Of a stretch of DNA of 64,000 nucleotides, positions 24,777 through 34,617 are shown in pieces. Below the pieces are notes generated by a model that was given only the letters and a program-made list of their open reading frames with translations, ran no database searches and was not told the DNA's origin. Source of the stretch: Nanobdellota archaeon. Its GTDB lineage: Archaea; Nanobdellota; Nanobdellia; Pacearchaeales; GW2011-AR1. Location of the stretch: positions 26,660 to 90,659 of the forward strand of contig JAGWGZ010000001.1 in assembly GCA_028867075.1 (NCBI GenBank). The letters run 5' to 3'. Each line of letters starts with the position of its first letter. The stretch's first letter is position 1. A program made the position numbers and the translations under genes.

Positions 24777-25991
24777 ATGCAAATCTGGCGAAGGCATCAT
24801 TTCAAGGTAATCACTAAGCTCGGAATATTCTACCTCTTTCTTTCCATAGGAATCTCGCTTGCAGCGACGATATGGTCTCTTTATCTTAACTCTTTCCTTA
24901 ACAGTTCTGCGCTTGTCGGATTCCTTACCAGTTTTTTCATGGTCGCGGAAATCCTTGCGTATATACTACTTATCCCTTTGATAGAAAAGGGGAATAAGGC
25001 AAAGATGTTGATTGCTTCGCTTGTATTCTTTGCAATTTCCTATCTCCTCTTCTCGGTTTATTCAAGCATTTATCTTGTCATATTTTTAGGAACCTTGATA
25101 TCCATAATTACCAGCCTCAGAATCACTGTATTCGGGCTTATCCTCCGCGACAAGACAAAGGACGACAGCGTTTCAAAGAATGAAGGACTGATGTATGCCC
25201 TGCTGAACTCTGCCTGGCTTATCGGCCCTCTTGTTGCAGGATATTTCGCAAAGAACTATGGTTTTGGCAGTGTCTTCTTCCTTTCCTCTGTGTTCATCTT
25301 TATCTCTTTATTCTTCTTCAAAACGTTTAGAATCAAAGATGGAAGAAGGACAAGAGAAATAGACCACCATAGATTAAGAATTGTCACTGATTTTTTCAGG
25401 CACAAGGGCAGAGTTTTCACATATTTACTTAATACTGCCGTAAATTTTTGGTGGGCATTCATTTACATTTACATGCCGATTTACATAGTTGATAACGGGC
25501 ACAGTGAAGTTGTGGTTGGAATCTTTCTTGCAGCAGTTACATTGCCTCTTGTTTTCCTTGATTACCTCTTTGGCAGGGTGGCCGGGAAAAGCGGCTTCAA
25601 GAAGCTATTTTTTATCGGGTTCATAAGCCTCGGAGTCCTTGCAGTCATCTGCTTTTTCATTTCTGACCTATATGTCATACTTGGATTGCTTGTTCTTGCA
25701 AGTTTCAGCTTATCAATGATAGAACCTACGGCAGATGCATATTTCTTCGACATAGTTGAAAAAGAAGAAAGGGACAAGTATTACGGGATATATACTACTT
25801 CAATAAACACGGGAAATCTCCTGGGTTCACTTCCGGCTGCAGCATTGCTGCTTTTCCTTCCATTCAATTCCCTATTCATATTTTACGGCCTGCCGATGAT
25901 AGTTCTGGCATTTCTGGCTCTGGGAATAGAAGATTCTTATGAGTTCACTAAGGCCAAAGAATATAAAAAAGACCCTGAGATAAAGAAATAG
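24777..25991 (+). CDS. MFS transporter
   Basis: About 12 hydrophobic helices in 6+6 arrangement, GPLVAG, FGRVAGKSGFK motif-A-like. Confidence 0.88.
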   Translation: MQIWRRHHFKVITKLGIFYLFLSIGISLAATIWSLYLNSFLNSSALVGFLTSFFMVAEILAYILLIPLIEKGNKAKMLIASLVFFAISYLLFSVYSSIYLVIFLGTLISIITSLRITVFGLILRDKTKDDSVSKNEGLMYALLNSAWLIGPLVAGYFAKNYGFGSVFFLSSVFIFISLFFFKTFRIKDGRRTREIDHHRLRIVTDFFRHKGRVFTYLLNTAVNFWWAFIYIYMPIYIVDNGHSEVVVGIFLAAVTLPLVFLDYLFGRVAGKSGFKKLFFIGFISLGVLAVICFFISDLYVILGLLVLASFSLSMIEPTADAYFFDIVEKEERDKYYGIYTTSINTGNLLGSLPAAALLLFLPFNSLFIFYGLPMIVLAFLALGIEDSYEFTKAKEYKKDPEIKK

Positions 25992-26021
25992 TTTTAAACC
26001 TGCGATTTATACTTTAATTAT

Positions 26022-26094
26022 GCGGAGATGGCACAACGGTCACTGCATTCGGCTGCAGCCCGAATTTTTCCGGGTTCAACTCCCGGTCTCCGCT
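26022..26094 (+). tRNA. tRNA-Cys(GCA)
   Basis: GCGGAGA/TCTCCGC acceptor, TTCGG-CTGCAGC-CCGAA, U73 discriminator. Confidence 0.93.
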
Positions 26095-26131
26095 TTCTAA
26101 AAAATTTATAAATTGTAGTTCCTAAGAAGAT

Positions 26132-26178
26132 ATGCCCTTGACTGCGGGAATTCATAAAAACCCGCCGGAGGTTTTATG
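26132..26178 (+). promoter_or_regulatory. structured glyS leader with hairpin covering SD and start codon
   Basis: GCGGGAATT-CATAAAAACC-CGCCGGA-GGTTTTATG; GGAGG SD and ATG lie in or next to the 3' strand; TTTATAAA at 26105. Confidence 0.55.
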
Positions 26179-27858
26179 GCATTTATAGTAAAAAAGAAAA
26201 TTCATGGGAGAGAATATTATTACCTTAATGAGAATAAAAGGGTTGATGGCAAAGTAAAAACAAAAACTCTCGCGTATCTGGGAAAAGACAGGCAAGAAGC
26301 TGAGATAAAAAAAAGAGAATTTATGGACAGCAGAATAACAGAAGCAGTAAATGGTAACGGGGGGGATGAGCCGCCCGGAATGAAAATCTCAATTGAAGAA
26401 CTCGGAACATTCTGCAAAAGAAAAGGGTTCATTTTTCCCTCAAGCGAGATTTACGGCGGAATTGCAGGGTTTTGGGATTTTGGGCCGCTGGGGGTTGAGT
26501 TGTTGAATAACATAAAAAAAGAATGGTGGGATTATTTTGTCCGCGGAAGAGATAACGTCGTAGGGATAGAAGCAAGCATAATAAGCTCGCCAAAAATATG
26601 GAAAGCCTCAGGACATGTCGCAAATTTCAATGATGTTTCTGTAAGATGCATGAAATGCAAAAAATTTAACAAGGTTGACAAAGTTGAGCTTGAAAGTGAG
26701 AAGGTTGCCTGTTCTTTTTGCGGCGGAAAACTTGATAAGTCAACAGCGAAAGATCTGAACCTGATGTTCGGGACGAATGTCGGGCCGATTGAAGAAGATT
26801 CGCTACTTTCTTATCTTCGTCCCGAGACAGCTCAGGGGATGTTTTCCGATTTCAAAATCGTGCAGCAGACTTCACGACTGCAACTGCCATTCGGGATCGC
26901 GCAAATCGGAAGATGTTTCAGAAATGAAATCGCTCCGAGAGATTTTCTCTTCAGAAGCAGGGAATTCCATATAGGGGAGTTTGAGTTTTTCATAAATCCC
27001 GAGGAAAAGAAATGCGAGCTGTTGGATGAGGAACATCTTAATGTCAAGTTCAGATTTCTAAGCGCTGAAGTGCAGGCTCAAGGAAGCGGAGAGTTAACTG
27101 AGAAAACAATCCAGGACATCCTGAAAGAAAAGAGGCTTGAAGAGTGGCATGCCTACTGGTTAGCGGAGCAGATTCTGTGGTTCAGGTCCATTGGACTGAA
27201 TGAGATAAAGATAAGGGAGCACATGAAAGATGAATTAAGTCATTATTCTTCTGCAACTTTTGATGTTGATTATGAATATCCTTTCGGAAGCAAGGAAATT
27301 GCCGGCATTGCAAATCGGGGCCAGTTTGACCTGACAAACCATGAAAAAGAGAGCGGGCAAAACATGTCTGTGTTTGACGAGAGATATAAGAATAAAGTCA
27401 TCCCAAAAGTCATAGAGCCGACATTCGGAATTGAGAGAGTTTTCCTGGCTGTGCTTGCAAAGGCATATCATTACAATAAAGAAAAGAATTACACGACACT
27501 TAAGATTCCCGCAAAATTAGCACCGATAAAGGCAGCTATTTTCCCGCTGGTCAAGCAGCCGGAATACGAGAAAATGTCAAAGAGCATTTATCATGAACTG
27601 AGAAAAGAGTTCAATGTTTTCTATGACAGTTCAGGAAGCATCGGCAGGAGATATGCAAGAAACGATGAGATAGGGACACCATTTTGCATCACAATTGATG
27701 AAGACAGCCTGAGAAACCATGATGTCACGGTAAGATTCAGGGACACGGGAGAGCAGAGGAGGATAAAAGAAAAATCAATTATTAACTTCATGAAAGCGGC
27801 TGTCAGGGGCGAGAATGTCCTAAGATTGGGGAAGAAAGTTAATACAAGAAAAAAATAG
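26176..27858 (+). CDS. glyS: glycine--tRNA ligase (alpha2 type) with extra N-terminal domain
   Basis: SSEIYGG.AGFWDFGPLG, YLRPETAQG, PFGIAQIG.CFRNEI.PR, VIEPTFGIER, SGSIGRRYARNDEIGTP. Confidence 0.96.
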   Translation: MAFIVKKKIHGREYYYLNENKRVDGKVKTKTLAYLGKDRQEAEIKKREFMDSRITEAVNGNGGDEPPGMKISIEELGTFCKRKGFIFPSSEIYGGIAGFWDFGPLGVELLNNIKKEWWDYFVRGRDNVVGIEASIISSPKIWKASGHVANFNDVSVRCMKCKKFNKVDKVELESEKVACSFCGGKLDKSTAKDLNLMFGTNVGPIEEDSLLSYLRPETAQGMFSDFKIVQQTSRLQLPFGIAQIGRCFRNEIAPRDFLFRSREFHIGEFEFFINPEEKKCELLDEEHLNVKFRFLSAEVQAQGSGELTEKTIQDILKEKRLEEWHAYWLAEQILWFRSIGLNEIKIREHMKDELSHYSSATFDVDYEYPFGSKEIAGIANRGQFDLTNHEKESGQNMSVFDERYKNKVIPKVIEPTFGIERVFLAVLAKAYHYNKEKNYTTLKIPAKLAPIKAAIFPLVKQPEYEKMSKSIYHELRKEFNVFYDSSGSIGRRYARNDEIGTPFCITIDEDSLRNHDVTVRFRDTGEQRRIKEKSIINFMKAAVRGENVLRLGKKVNTRKK

Positions 27859-27868
27859 AATGAGTGAA

Positions 27869-27941
27869 TGGCTGCACCAAGAATTGAACTTGGGACCCCT
27901 GCCTCATGAGAGCAGTGCTCTGCCAACTGAGCTATGCAGCC
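27869..27941 (-). tRNA. tRNA with CAT anticodon (elongator Met or Ile2)
   Basis: GGCTGCA/TGCAGCC acceptor (G1:C72, no triple G-C anticodon stem, so not initiator), CTGCT-CTCATGA-GGCAG. Confidence 0.9.
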
Positions 27942-27995
27942 GTGTGAAACCTCCTGCGGGTTTCTACAATTTCCAGCGACCCTGCAATTGCAGTG
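27942..27995 (-). repeat. leader hairpin motif upstream of tRNA(CAT)
   Basis: Minus strand CTGGAAATT-GTAGAAACC-CGCAGGA-GGTTTCACAC ending at tRNA +1; preceded by palindrome CTGCAATTGCAG. Confidence 0.65.
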
Positions 27996-28047
27996 TATAT
28001 TAAAATTAAAAATAAATCCTTTAAAAATCTTTAAAATTTACAGAAAT

Positions 28048-28257
28048 CTAATCCCCGGAAGTTTCCTGCTCTTTGTGTTCTATGTTCCTCTTCTTTGTCC
28101 TTGCAATAAGCCCTGCAATCTGATTCCTGATTTTCTTGCTTGGCATAGTTTCACCAAGGACTTTTTTGTTCAAATCAAAGTTTTCACTGAAAGGGAGGTC
28201 TTTTTCTATTAATGTCTGGGCCGTTCTCTTAACAAGCTTTGTCTTTATTTTTCCCAT
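28048..28257 (-). CDS. rps17e: 30S ribosomal protein eS17
   Basis: MGKIKTKLVKRTA, F..NKK, SKKIRNQIAG.I.R. Confidence 0.93.
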   Translation of the reverse strand: MGKIKTKLVKRTAQTLIEKDLPFSENFDLNKKVLGETMPSKKIRNQIAGLIARTKKRNIEHKEQETSGD

Positions 28258-28291
28258 ATTAACAAATTTTATCCTATATTTTTAAGGGTTT

Positions 28292-29200
28292 CTATTCTAT
28301 CTTTTCCAGACCCCTCATGCTTTTTAATGCAGCCATCAGATTGTCAAATTTCTTTACCGGCTCGCCCAGGGCCCATATCTTGTATTGAAGTTTGAGCTCA
28401 TGGGATTTTTTGTAAGAGCTGATTATGTCCTGCTCTGATATCTTTCTTTTATTATAGGCTATAATGAGATATTCTTCATGGTCTTTAACCCGGAATATTA
28501 TCCTGTTTATGCTTATTTCTTCTATGTCTATGATCTCAATTTTCTTTTTTGAGAGAAGTTCCTTGACTTTATTGAAGAATTTATTATCCTGACTTTTCTT
28601 TTTTGTCGGCTTCTGCGGCCTTTTTATCGGTTTTCTAGGTTTCCTTTCTTGTTCTTCACTTTCAACTGATTCTATCTCTTCGACAGGAGATTTAATTTCA
28701 GTCATTATTTCGGTTATTGCCTCTCTTGCAGGCTCCTGCGCAGTTTCCTCGACATTTAGCTGAATTTCAACTTTTTTAAATTGCGGAATAAAATCCGATT
28801 CCTGCGAGGTGAAGAATCTCCACAGTACCTCTCCGTCTTTTTCAAAAGGGACCGCAAAATCTTTTATGTCCCTCATTGCCACGCGTATTGCAGGTTCAAG
28901 TTCTTTGTCAGTCAGGAATCTCTTTTCTTTCAGGAGCATGAATGCATCTTTTTCCTTGTTTTTCAGGTATTGCGAAAAATTTTCTAACAGAGGTTCCTGA
29001 CCCGGGATAAAATAGAGCGGCGAGCTTCCGACTCTTAGGTTGGAAATCCTGAGTTCCTTATTTGAAAGAAGCTCTGAGAGAAATGCAGAAGCAAAAAGTA
29101 TGCTGAGCCCTGTTTCTTTTGCAATGAAGACAGGCAGACTTGGGCCGTGCATCTTTATCAGATACAATATTTTTTCCCTCATCAATGACGCGTCCACCAT
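28292..29200 (-). CDS. conserved-looking hypothetical protein with N-terminal winged-HTH-like region
   Basis: GPSLPVFIAKETGLSILFASAFLSEL..VGSSPLY; charged linker; C-terminal alpha/beta domain. Confidence 0.75.
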   Translation of the reverse strand: MVDASLMREKILYLIKMHGPSLPVFIAKETGLSILFASAFLSELLSNKELRISNLRVGSSPLYFIPGQEPLLENFSQYLKNKEKDAFMLLKEKRFLTDKELEPAIRVAMRDIKDFAVPFEKDGEVLWRFFTSQESDFIPQFKKVEIQLNVEETAQEPAREAITEIMTEIKSPVEEIESVESEEQERKPRKPIKRPQKPTKKKSQDNKFFNKVKELLSKKKIEIIDIEEISINRIIFRVKDHEEYLIIAYNKRKISEQDIISSYKKSHELKLQYKIWALGEPVKKFDNLMAALKSMRGLEKIE

Positions 29201-29241
29201 TACGCTGGAAAATATTTAAAAGTTATAAAGATTGTTATGTC

Positions 29242-29335
29242 GCGAGACAACCTACGGTTTTCTTTAACTCGCAACCTTGCTCGTTGCGGATTTTGCAATT
29301 TTGTCTCGCAAAATTGCTCGGCTTAATTTTCCCTC
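29242..29335 (-). repeat. expanded copy of the hairpin motif downstream of endA
   Basis: GAGGGAAAATTAAGC, two inserted hairpins, then AAGAAAACCGTAGGTTGTCTCGC; 19 nt (29246-29264) identical to 38791-38809. Confidence 0.75.
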
Positions 29336-29345
29336 AATGTAGCCT

Positions 29346-29864
29346 TTACGGCTTAACCCAATTTACTTCATAATAGGTAATGTCTCCTTCTTCATCCACA
29401 ATTGCTATCAGAAGTTTCTTCTTCGTTGAATGAGCAACACGGTTCTTTGCCGAGAATTCCTGCCAAGTGAATGTTTTTGATTCATAATCTGTGAAAGCGA
29501 CCCACTTTGAATGTTTGTCTCCCATCTTTGCCCCTTTTTCATAAATTCGGAATTCTGCGCCGAATTTAAGCGCTGTTTTTACAACGTATCCTTTTTCGCG
29601 AAGGTCCCTGAATACCGGATATTTCAATTGGATTTTTTTGTCAGATTTCTTGAATCGCTTCATCAGCCCGTCAAAAGAAATTTTCTTTCCCGAGGATAAT
29701 ACTTCTATTTTTCCTTTCTCAACAAGGAAGAGCGCTTCCGAGGGGGAATAGATAACCTTGCCCTCTTTTTTCTCGCCGAAGCTGCTTTTTTCATGAAGAG
29801 AGAATGCTTCAGATGAATTGCTGGAAACCTGCTCTCCGACAAGATAGGCCTGTATTCTTTCCAT
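29346..29864 (-). CDS. endA: tRNA-splicing endonuclease (single catalytic unit)
   Basis: LREKGYVVKTALKFGAEFRIY, H in DKHSKW, RVAHSTKKK: Tyr/His/Lys triad present. Confidence 0.93.
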   Translation of the reverse strand: MERIQAYLVGEQVSSNSSEAFSLHEKSSFGEKKEGKVIYSPSEALFLVEKGKIEVLSSGKKISFDGLMKRFKKSDKKIQLKYPVFRDLREKGYVVKTALKFGAEFRIYEKGAKMGDKHSKWVAFTDYESKTFTWQEFSAKNRVAHSTKKKLLIAIVDEEGDITYYEVNWVKP

Positions 29865-29916
29865 TTTTGAATAAGACAACAGCAATATTTAAAAGTTTGT
29901 CGTGGTATTTTACATC

Positions 29917-32391
29917 ATGGATTATAATTTCACTGCACTTGAAAAAAAATGGCAGAAAAGATGGGGTGAGAAAAAAATATTTGAGGTCAAAGAAGAGAAA
30001 AAAGGCAAAGAGAATTTTTACTGTCTTGAGATGTTTCCCTATCCTTCTTCCAGCGGGCTCCACATCGGGCATGCATTCAATTATACAATAGGGGATGTTT
30101 ATGCGAGATTTAAGAAAATGCAGGGGTTCAATGTTCTTCATCCTATGGGATATGATTCCTTCGGGCTTCCGGCAGAGAATGCAGCAATAAAATCGCATGC
30201 AGATCCGAAAGAATATACAGAAACAGCCATAAAGAATTTCATAAAACAGCAAAGGCTTCTCGGGCTCAGCTATGACTGGACGAGAGTTCTCATGACTCAC
30301 AAGCCTGATTATTACAAATGGGACCAATTTTTCTTTCTGAAACTTTTTGAGAAAGGTCTTGCTTATAGAAAAAAATCTCCGGTGAACTGGTGTCCAAAGT
30401 GCAACACTGTGCTTGCAAATGAGCAGGTTGTCAACGGGAAATGCTGGAGGCATCAGGATACAGACGTTGAAATAAGAAATCTTGAACAGTGGTTTGTCAA
30501 GACGACCGATTATGCAGAGGAACTCTTGGAGATGATAGAAAAACTGAACTGGCCCGAGCCCATTAAAATGATGCAGAGAAACTGGATTGGCAGAAGCGAG
30601 GGTGCAGAAGTTGTTTTTGATATTGACGGGGACAAGTGGCCTGTTTTCACGACGAGACCAGATACCATCTTTGGAGTCAGCTTCGTTGTTATCTCACTCC
30701 AGCATCCAAGGCTGATGCAATTAGTCTCACCCGACAGAAAAAAGGAAGTTGAAAAATTCCTGAAGAAAATGAAATCGGTAAAGCAGGAAGACCTGGACAA
30801 GATGGAAAAAGAAGGAGTCTTTATCGGAAGATATGCGAAAAATCCTATGACTAATGAAAAGGTTCCTGTTTATGCCGGAAATTTTGTTGTTGCAGATTAC
30901 GGAAGCGGAATGGTAATGGGCGTGCCTGCCCATGACCAGAGAGATTTTGATTTTGCAGTGAAGTATGGGCTGCCTATGAAGGCTGTAATCGAGCCCAGGG
31001 ATTTTGAAATTTATGAAAGAAACGGACAGCTTCCAAGCGCTTATGAAGGCGATGGGGAGCTGATAAATTCCGGCGAATTCACGGGAATGAACAACAGAAA
31101 GGTTATTGCAGAGATAACAAAATATTTGGATAAAAAGAAACTTGGAAAAGTGCAGGTTCAGTTCAAGATGAGGGACTGGCTTGTCAGCAGGCAGAGATAT
31201 TGGGGCGCCCCGATTCCAATAGTCTATTGCAATGATTGCGGAATTGTTCCTGTTCCTGAAAAAGACCTCCCCGTTCTTCTTCCTGCGAAGGTAGAATTCG
31301 GCATCGGAAATCCTCTTGAGACAAATGAAAAATTTGTGAATGTAAAATGCCCGAAATGCGGCATGAAAGCCAGAAGAGAAACAGACACTATGGATACTTT
31401 TTTTGATTCCAGCTGGTATTTTCTCAGATTCTGCGATCCGCAAAATTCCAAAAAGCCTTTTGATTTTAATAGGGCAATGTACTGGAACCCGGTTGACTTT
31501 TACACCGGGGGGGCCGAGCATGCAGTCATGCATTTGATGTATGCGAGATTTTTTACAAAAGCCCTCCGCGATCTTGGATTCATTGAAATGGATGAGCCAT
31601 TTACACGGCTCTTCAACCAGGGAATGATTCACGGTGAGGACGGATTTGTGATGTCAAAGTCCAGAGGGAATGTCGTAAATCCCATTGACATGATTGAAAA
31701 ATATGGTGCTGATGCATTGAGGCTTGCACTGGTTTCCTTTGCCTCTCCAGACAAAGACACTAATTGGGATGAAAATGTGCTCAACGGGAATTTTAAATTC
31801 CTCCGGAAATTGTTCTCTTATTTCAACGCTGTAAAAAAATTCTCAAAATCAGACGAGCGAATGGACAGCAAGATTAACAGGGCTGTAAAAAATGTCACCG
31901 ACTTCATAGAAAGCATGAAGTATAATTATGCAATCATCGAGATAAGGAATCTGTTCAATTCTTTTCCAGACCAGACAAGCAGGGAAAACCTTGAAAAATT
32001 CCTGAAATTAATCTCTCCTTTCTGCCCGCATATTGCGGAAGAGTTCTGGGAGAAGATGGGAAACAAGAATTTCATTTCTGTTTCTTCCTGGCCTAAGGCT
32101 GATGAGAGCAGAATTAATGAGGGTTTTGAGATGGAAGAGAAAATAGTGGAAAGGCTGGCAGAAGATATCAAGTCCGTGAAGAACCTTATTTCAAAAAGAG
32201 AGAAGCCCGGTGCAGCTTATGTATATGTTATACCGAATGAGAAGAAAGTATTTGAAGACAATCTTGATAACTTGGAGAAAAAAACTCAGATCCATGTAAA
32301 GATTTATTCTGTAAGTGATAAAGACAAACACGATCCCCTGGGAAAATCAAAGAAAGCAAAGCCCGGAAAACCCGCGATTTATCTGGAATAG
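29917..32391 (+). CDS. leuS: leucine--tRNA ligase
   Basis: EMFPYPS..GLHIGH, FTTRPDT editing domain, MGVPAHDQRD, DWLVSRQRYWG, VMSKS. Confidence 0.97.
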   Translation: MDYNFTALEKKWQKRWGEKKIFEVKEEKKGKENFYCLEMFPYPSSSGLHIGHAFNYTIGDVYARFKKMQGFNVLHPMGYDSFGLPAENAAIKSHADPKEYTETAIKNFIKQQRLLGLSYDWTRVLMTHKPDYYKWDQFFFLKLFEKGLAYRKKSPVNWCPKCNTVLANEQVVNGKCWRHQDTDVEIRNLEQWFVKTTDYAEELLEMIEKLNWPEPIKMMQRNWIGRSEGAEVVFDIDGDKWPVFTTRPDTIFGVSFVVISLQHPRLMQLVSPDRKKEVEKFLKKMKSVKQEDLDKMEKEGVFIGRYAKNPMTNEKVPVYAGNFVVADYGSGMVMGVPAHDQRDFDFAVKYGLPMKAVIEPRDFEIYERNGQLPSAYEGDGELINSGEFTGMNNRKVIAEITKYLDKKKLGKVQVQFKMRDWLVSRQRYWGAPIPIVYCNDCGIVPVPEKDLPVLLPAKVEFGIGNPLETNEKFVNVKCPKCGMKARRETDTMDTFFDSSWYFLRFCDPQNSKKPFDFNRAMYWNPVDFYTGGAEHAVMHLMYARFFTKALRDLGFIEMDEPFTRLFNQGMIHGEDGFVMSKSRGNVVNPIDMIEKYGADALRLALVSFASPDKDTNWDENVLNGNFKFLRKLFSYFNAVKKFSKSDERMDSKINRAVKNVTDFIESMKYNYAIIEIRNLFNSFPDQTSRENLEKFLKLISPFCPHIAEEFWEKMGNKNFISVSSWPKADESRINEGFEMEEKIVERLAEDIKSVKNLISKREKPGAAYVYVIPNEKKVFEDNLDNLEKKTQIHVKIYSVSDKDKHDPLGKSKKAKPGKPAIYLE

Positions 32392-32426
32392 GATAGGTTT
32401 TTATAATTATTTTAACTGGATTTCAT

Positions 32427-33491
32427 ATGCTCGGCAATAAAAGAGGGGAACTTGGGATAAAACAATTTCTCATAATCCTTGCGAGCGCAATCATACTCTG
32501 GATTGCTGTCGTCCTGATATTCATCCTGCCCGGTCAAAACCGTTCATTTTATACTTCAGGAGTGCCGACGTGCGGTGATGGGAGTTTCTACAATACCTGT
32601 TCCCTTGACAAGCCCTATTACTGCAGCAGAGGAATTTTAGTCGCAAACCCTCTTGCATGCGGATGCCCTGATTCTCTGACCAAATCTGGAAATTCCTGCA
32701 CATCAAAATACCAAACTAATCAGAGTAGCATGGTCTTTCATTATGTTCTCAATGGAAGGAACATGAGCGTAAACTATACACTGTATGGCGGGTTTGCAGA
32801 TTATCTCTCGACTCTTCCAGATTCAATCACATATACCGACGGGCAACAGCCGCAAAAGTCTGATTTCGTCCTCATGAAACTGAATAATCCAATTCAGCAG
32901 GCATTTATTGAGCCTCTTGTGAAGCAAATAGAAAATCTGGCCCCGACAGACAAGGTTACCCAAGCCAGAATAGCGATTAGCTTAGTGCAGAATATCCCGT
33001 GGGGCTCTTCAGGAAAAACAGTTAACTTTGGTGCAGGAGCTGTTAACTATTCAAGGTATCCCTATGAAGTCCTGTATGATAATCAGGGTTTGTGCGGAGA
33101 GAAATCAGAACTTTTGGTTTTTCTATTGAGAGATTTGGGATACGGAACCGCGCTTTTTTATTATCCCCAGGAAAATCATGAAACAGCCGGCATAAAATGT
33201 CCTGTTCAGGAGAGCGTGGGCGGAACAGGATACTGTTTTATTGAGGCAAGCGGCCCGGCAATATTGTCAGATGACTCTTTAGTCTATGTTGGGGGAGTGA
33301 CCCTCAGCGAATCTCCGGAGGTTGTTTTGATTTCAGACGGAATTTCTCTGCCAGATAATCTGCCCGAGTACAATGATGCGCGCACTCTTGAAAGCCTTAG
33401 TGGCAGAAGCTGGCTTGATCCGATATCTTCTGCAAAATTGAGCCAACTTGAGCAGAAATATGGCCTGGGCCAGGCTTATAAAATTGATTAA
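32427..33491 (+). CDS. membrane-anchored transglutaminase-like (Cys protease fold) protein
   Basis: KRG/ELG + TM; Cys-rich linker; RYPYEVLYDNQGLCGEKS.LL..LL..LGY, NH...GI, FIE. Confidence 0.75.
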   Translation: MLGNKRGELGIKQFLIILASAIILWIAVVLIFILPGQNRSFYTSGVPTCGDGSFYNTCSLDKPYYCSRGILVANPLACGCPDSLTKSGNSCTSKYQTNQSSMVFHYVLNGRNMSVNYTLYGGFADYLSTLPDSITYTDGQQPQKSDFVLMKLNNPIQQAFIEPLVKQIENLAPTDKVTQARIAISLVQNIPWGSSGKTVNFGAGAVNYSRYPYEVLYDNQGLCGEKSELLVFLLRDLGYGTALFYYPQENHETAGIKCPVQESVGGTGYCFIEASGPAILSDDSLVYVGGVTLSESPEVVLISDGISLPDNLPEYNDARTLESLSGRSWLDPISSAKLSQLEQKYGLGQAYKID

Positions 33492-33620
33492 TTCCCTCTT
33501 TGAAAATACAAAAGATTTTTAAAAAAGACAGATTTTATAGAAAAAAGAGGATGAGAAATAAATTCTTCAAGATACAAAATGCGATTATTCATCGCGAAGG
33601 AAAAAAAGGGATTTAGCACA

Positions 33621-34604
33621 ATGAAAGTTGCAATTAACGGATTGGGGAGGATTGGAAGGCTTGTTCTGAAAAGTGGTCTGGACGAAGGGGTGAATTTTGT
33701 CGCTATAAATGACCTTACCGATCCAAAAACATTGGCTTACCTGATCAAGTATGATTCTGTTTACGGAAGATATGATAAAGAGGTTGAAGCTGGAAAAGAT
33801 TTCATAAAGATAGGGAACAAAAAGATCATGATCCTGTCTGAGAAAGAACCGGCAAGTCTTCCATGGAAGAAACTTGGAGTTGACCTTGTTGTTGAGTCCA
33901 CTGGATTTTTCACAGATCGGGAAGGAGCAAGCAAGCATCTTCAGGCAGGAGCTAAAAGAGTTGTCATCTCTGCGCCGGCAAAAGAACCGGACATTACTAT
34001 CGTTCCGGGAGTTAATGATGAATTATTGAAGAGCAGCCATAAAATAATTTCAATGGCGAGCTGCACAACAAACGGGCTCGCACCTGTTGCGAAAGTCCTT
34101 GAAGACGAATTTGGGATAGTAAAAGCTTTCATGACCACAGCACATGCTTATACCGCAGACCAGCATCTTGTTGATTCGCCGCATAAAAAAATGAGACGCG
34201 GGCGCGCCGCTGCCGCAAATATTGTTCCGACGACATCAGGAGCCACAGGGGCAGTTGCAGAGGTGATTCCAACTCTTAAAGGAAAGATGACCGGGCTTGC
34301 GCTCAGAGTTCCCGTTCCAAGCGGGAGCATTGTTGACTTTGTGGCGGAACTTGAAAGAGAAGTCACAAAAGATGAGGTCAATAAGGTCCTGAAGAAGGCC
34401 GCATCTTCGGGAAGATTAAAAGGGATAATGAAATACACAGAAGACGAAATCGTTTCTTCAGATATTGTCGGGGAAACTCATTCATCAATTGTAGACGGGC
34501 TTTCCACGCAAACTATCGGGAACATGGTCAAAGTCTTAGCATGGTATGACAATGAATTCGGTTATGCTCACAGACTTGCAGGATTTTTGAAAAAATTAGG
34601 ATAA
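33621..34604 (+). CDS. gap: type I glyceraldehyde-3-phosphate dehydrogenase
   Basis: MKVAINGLGRIGR, VVESTGFFT, ASCTTN, LRVPVP.GS, AWYDNEFGY. Confidence 0.97.
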   Translation: MKVAINGLGRIGRLVLKSGLDEGVNFVAINDLTDPKTLAYLIKYDSVYGRYDKEVEAGKDFIKIGNKKIMILSEKEPASLPWKKLGVDLVVESTGFFTDREGASKHLQAGAKRVVISAPAKEPDITIVPGVNDELLKSSHKIISMASCTTNGLAPVAKVLEDEFGIVKAFMTTAHAYTADQHLVDSPHKKMRRGRAAAANIVPTTSGATGAVAEVIPTLKGKMTGLALRVPVPSGSIVDFVAELEREVTKDEVNKVLKKAASSGRLKGIMKYTEDEIVSSDIVGETHSSIVDGLSTQTIGNMVKVLAWYDNEFGYAHRLAGFLKKLG

Positions 34605-34617
34605 TTCTCATATTCAG

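Noticed and set aside
24632-24817. Short ORFs over tRNA genes (also 8350-8562, 27621-27926, 27934-28212)
   Set aside because: They overlap clear tRNA cloverleafs or real genes on the other strand
26176-26330. IS1634 transposase remnant
   Set aside because: Only the short N-terminal module is present, in frame with GlyRS; no DDE domain or terminal repeats
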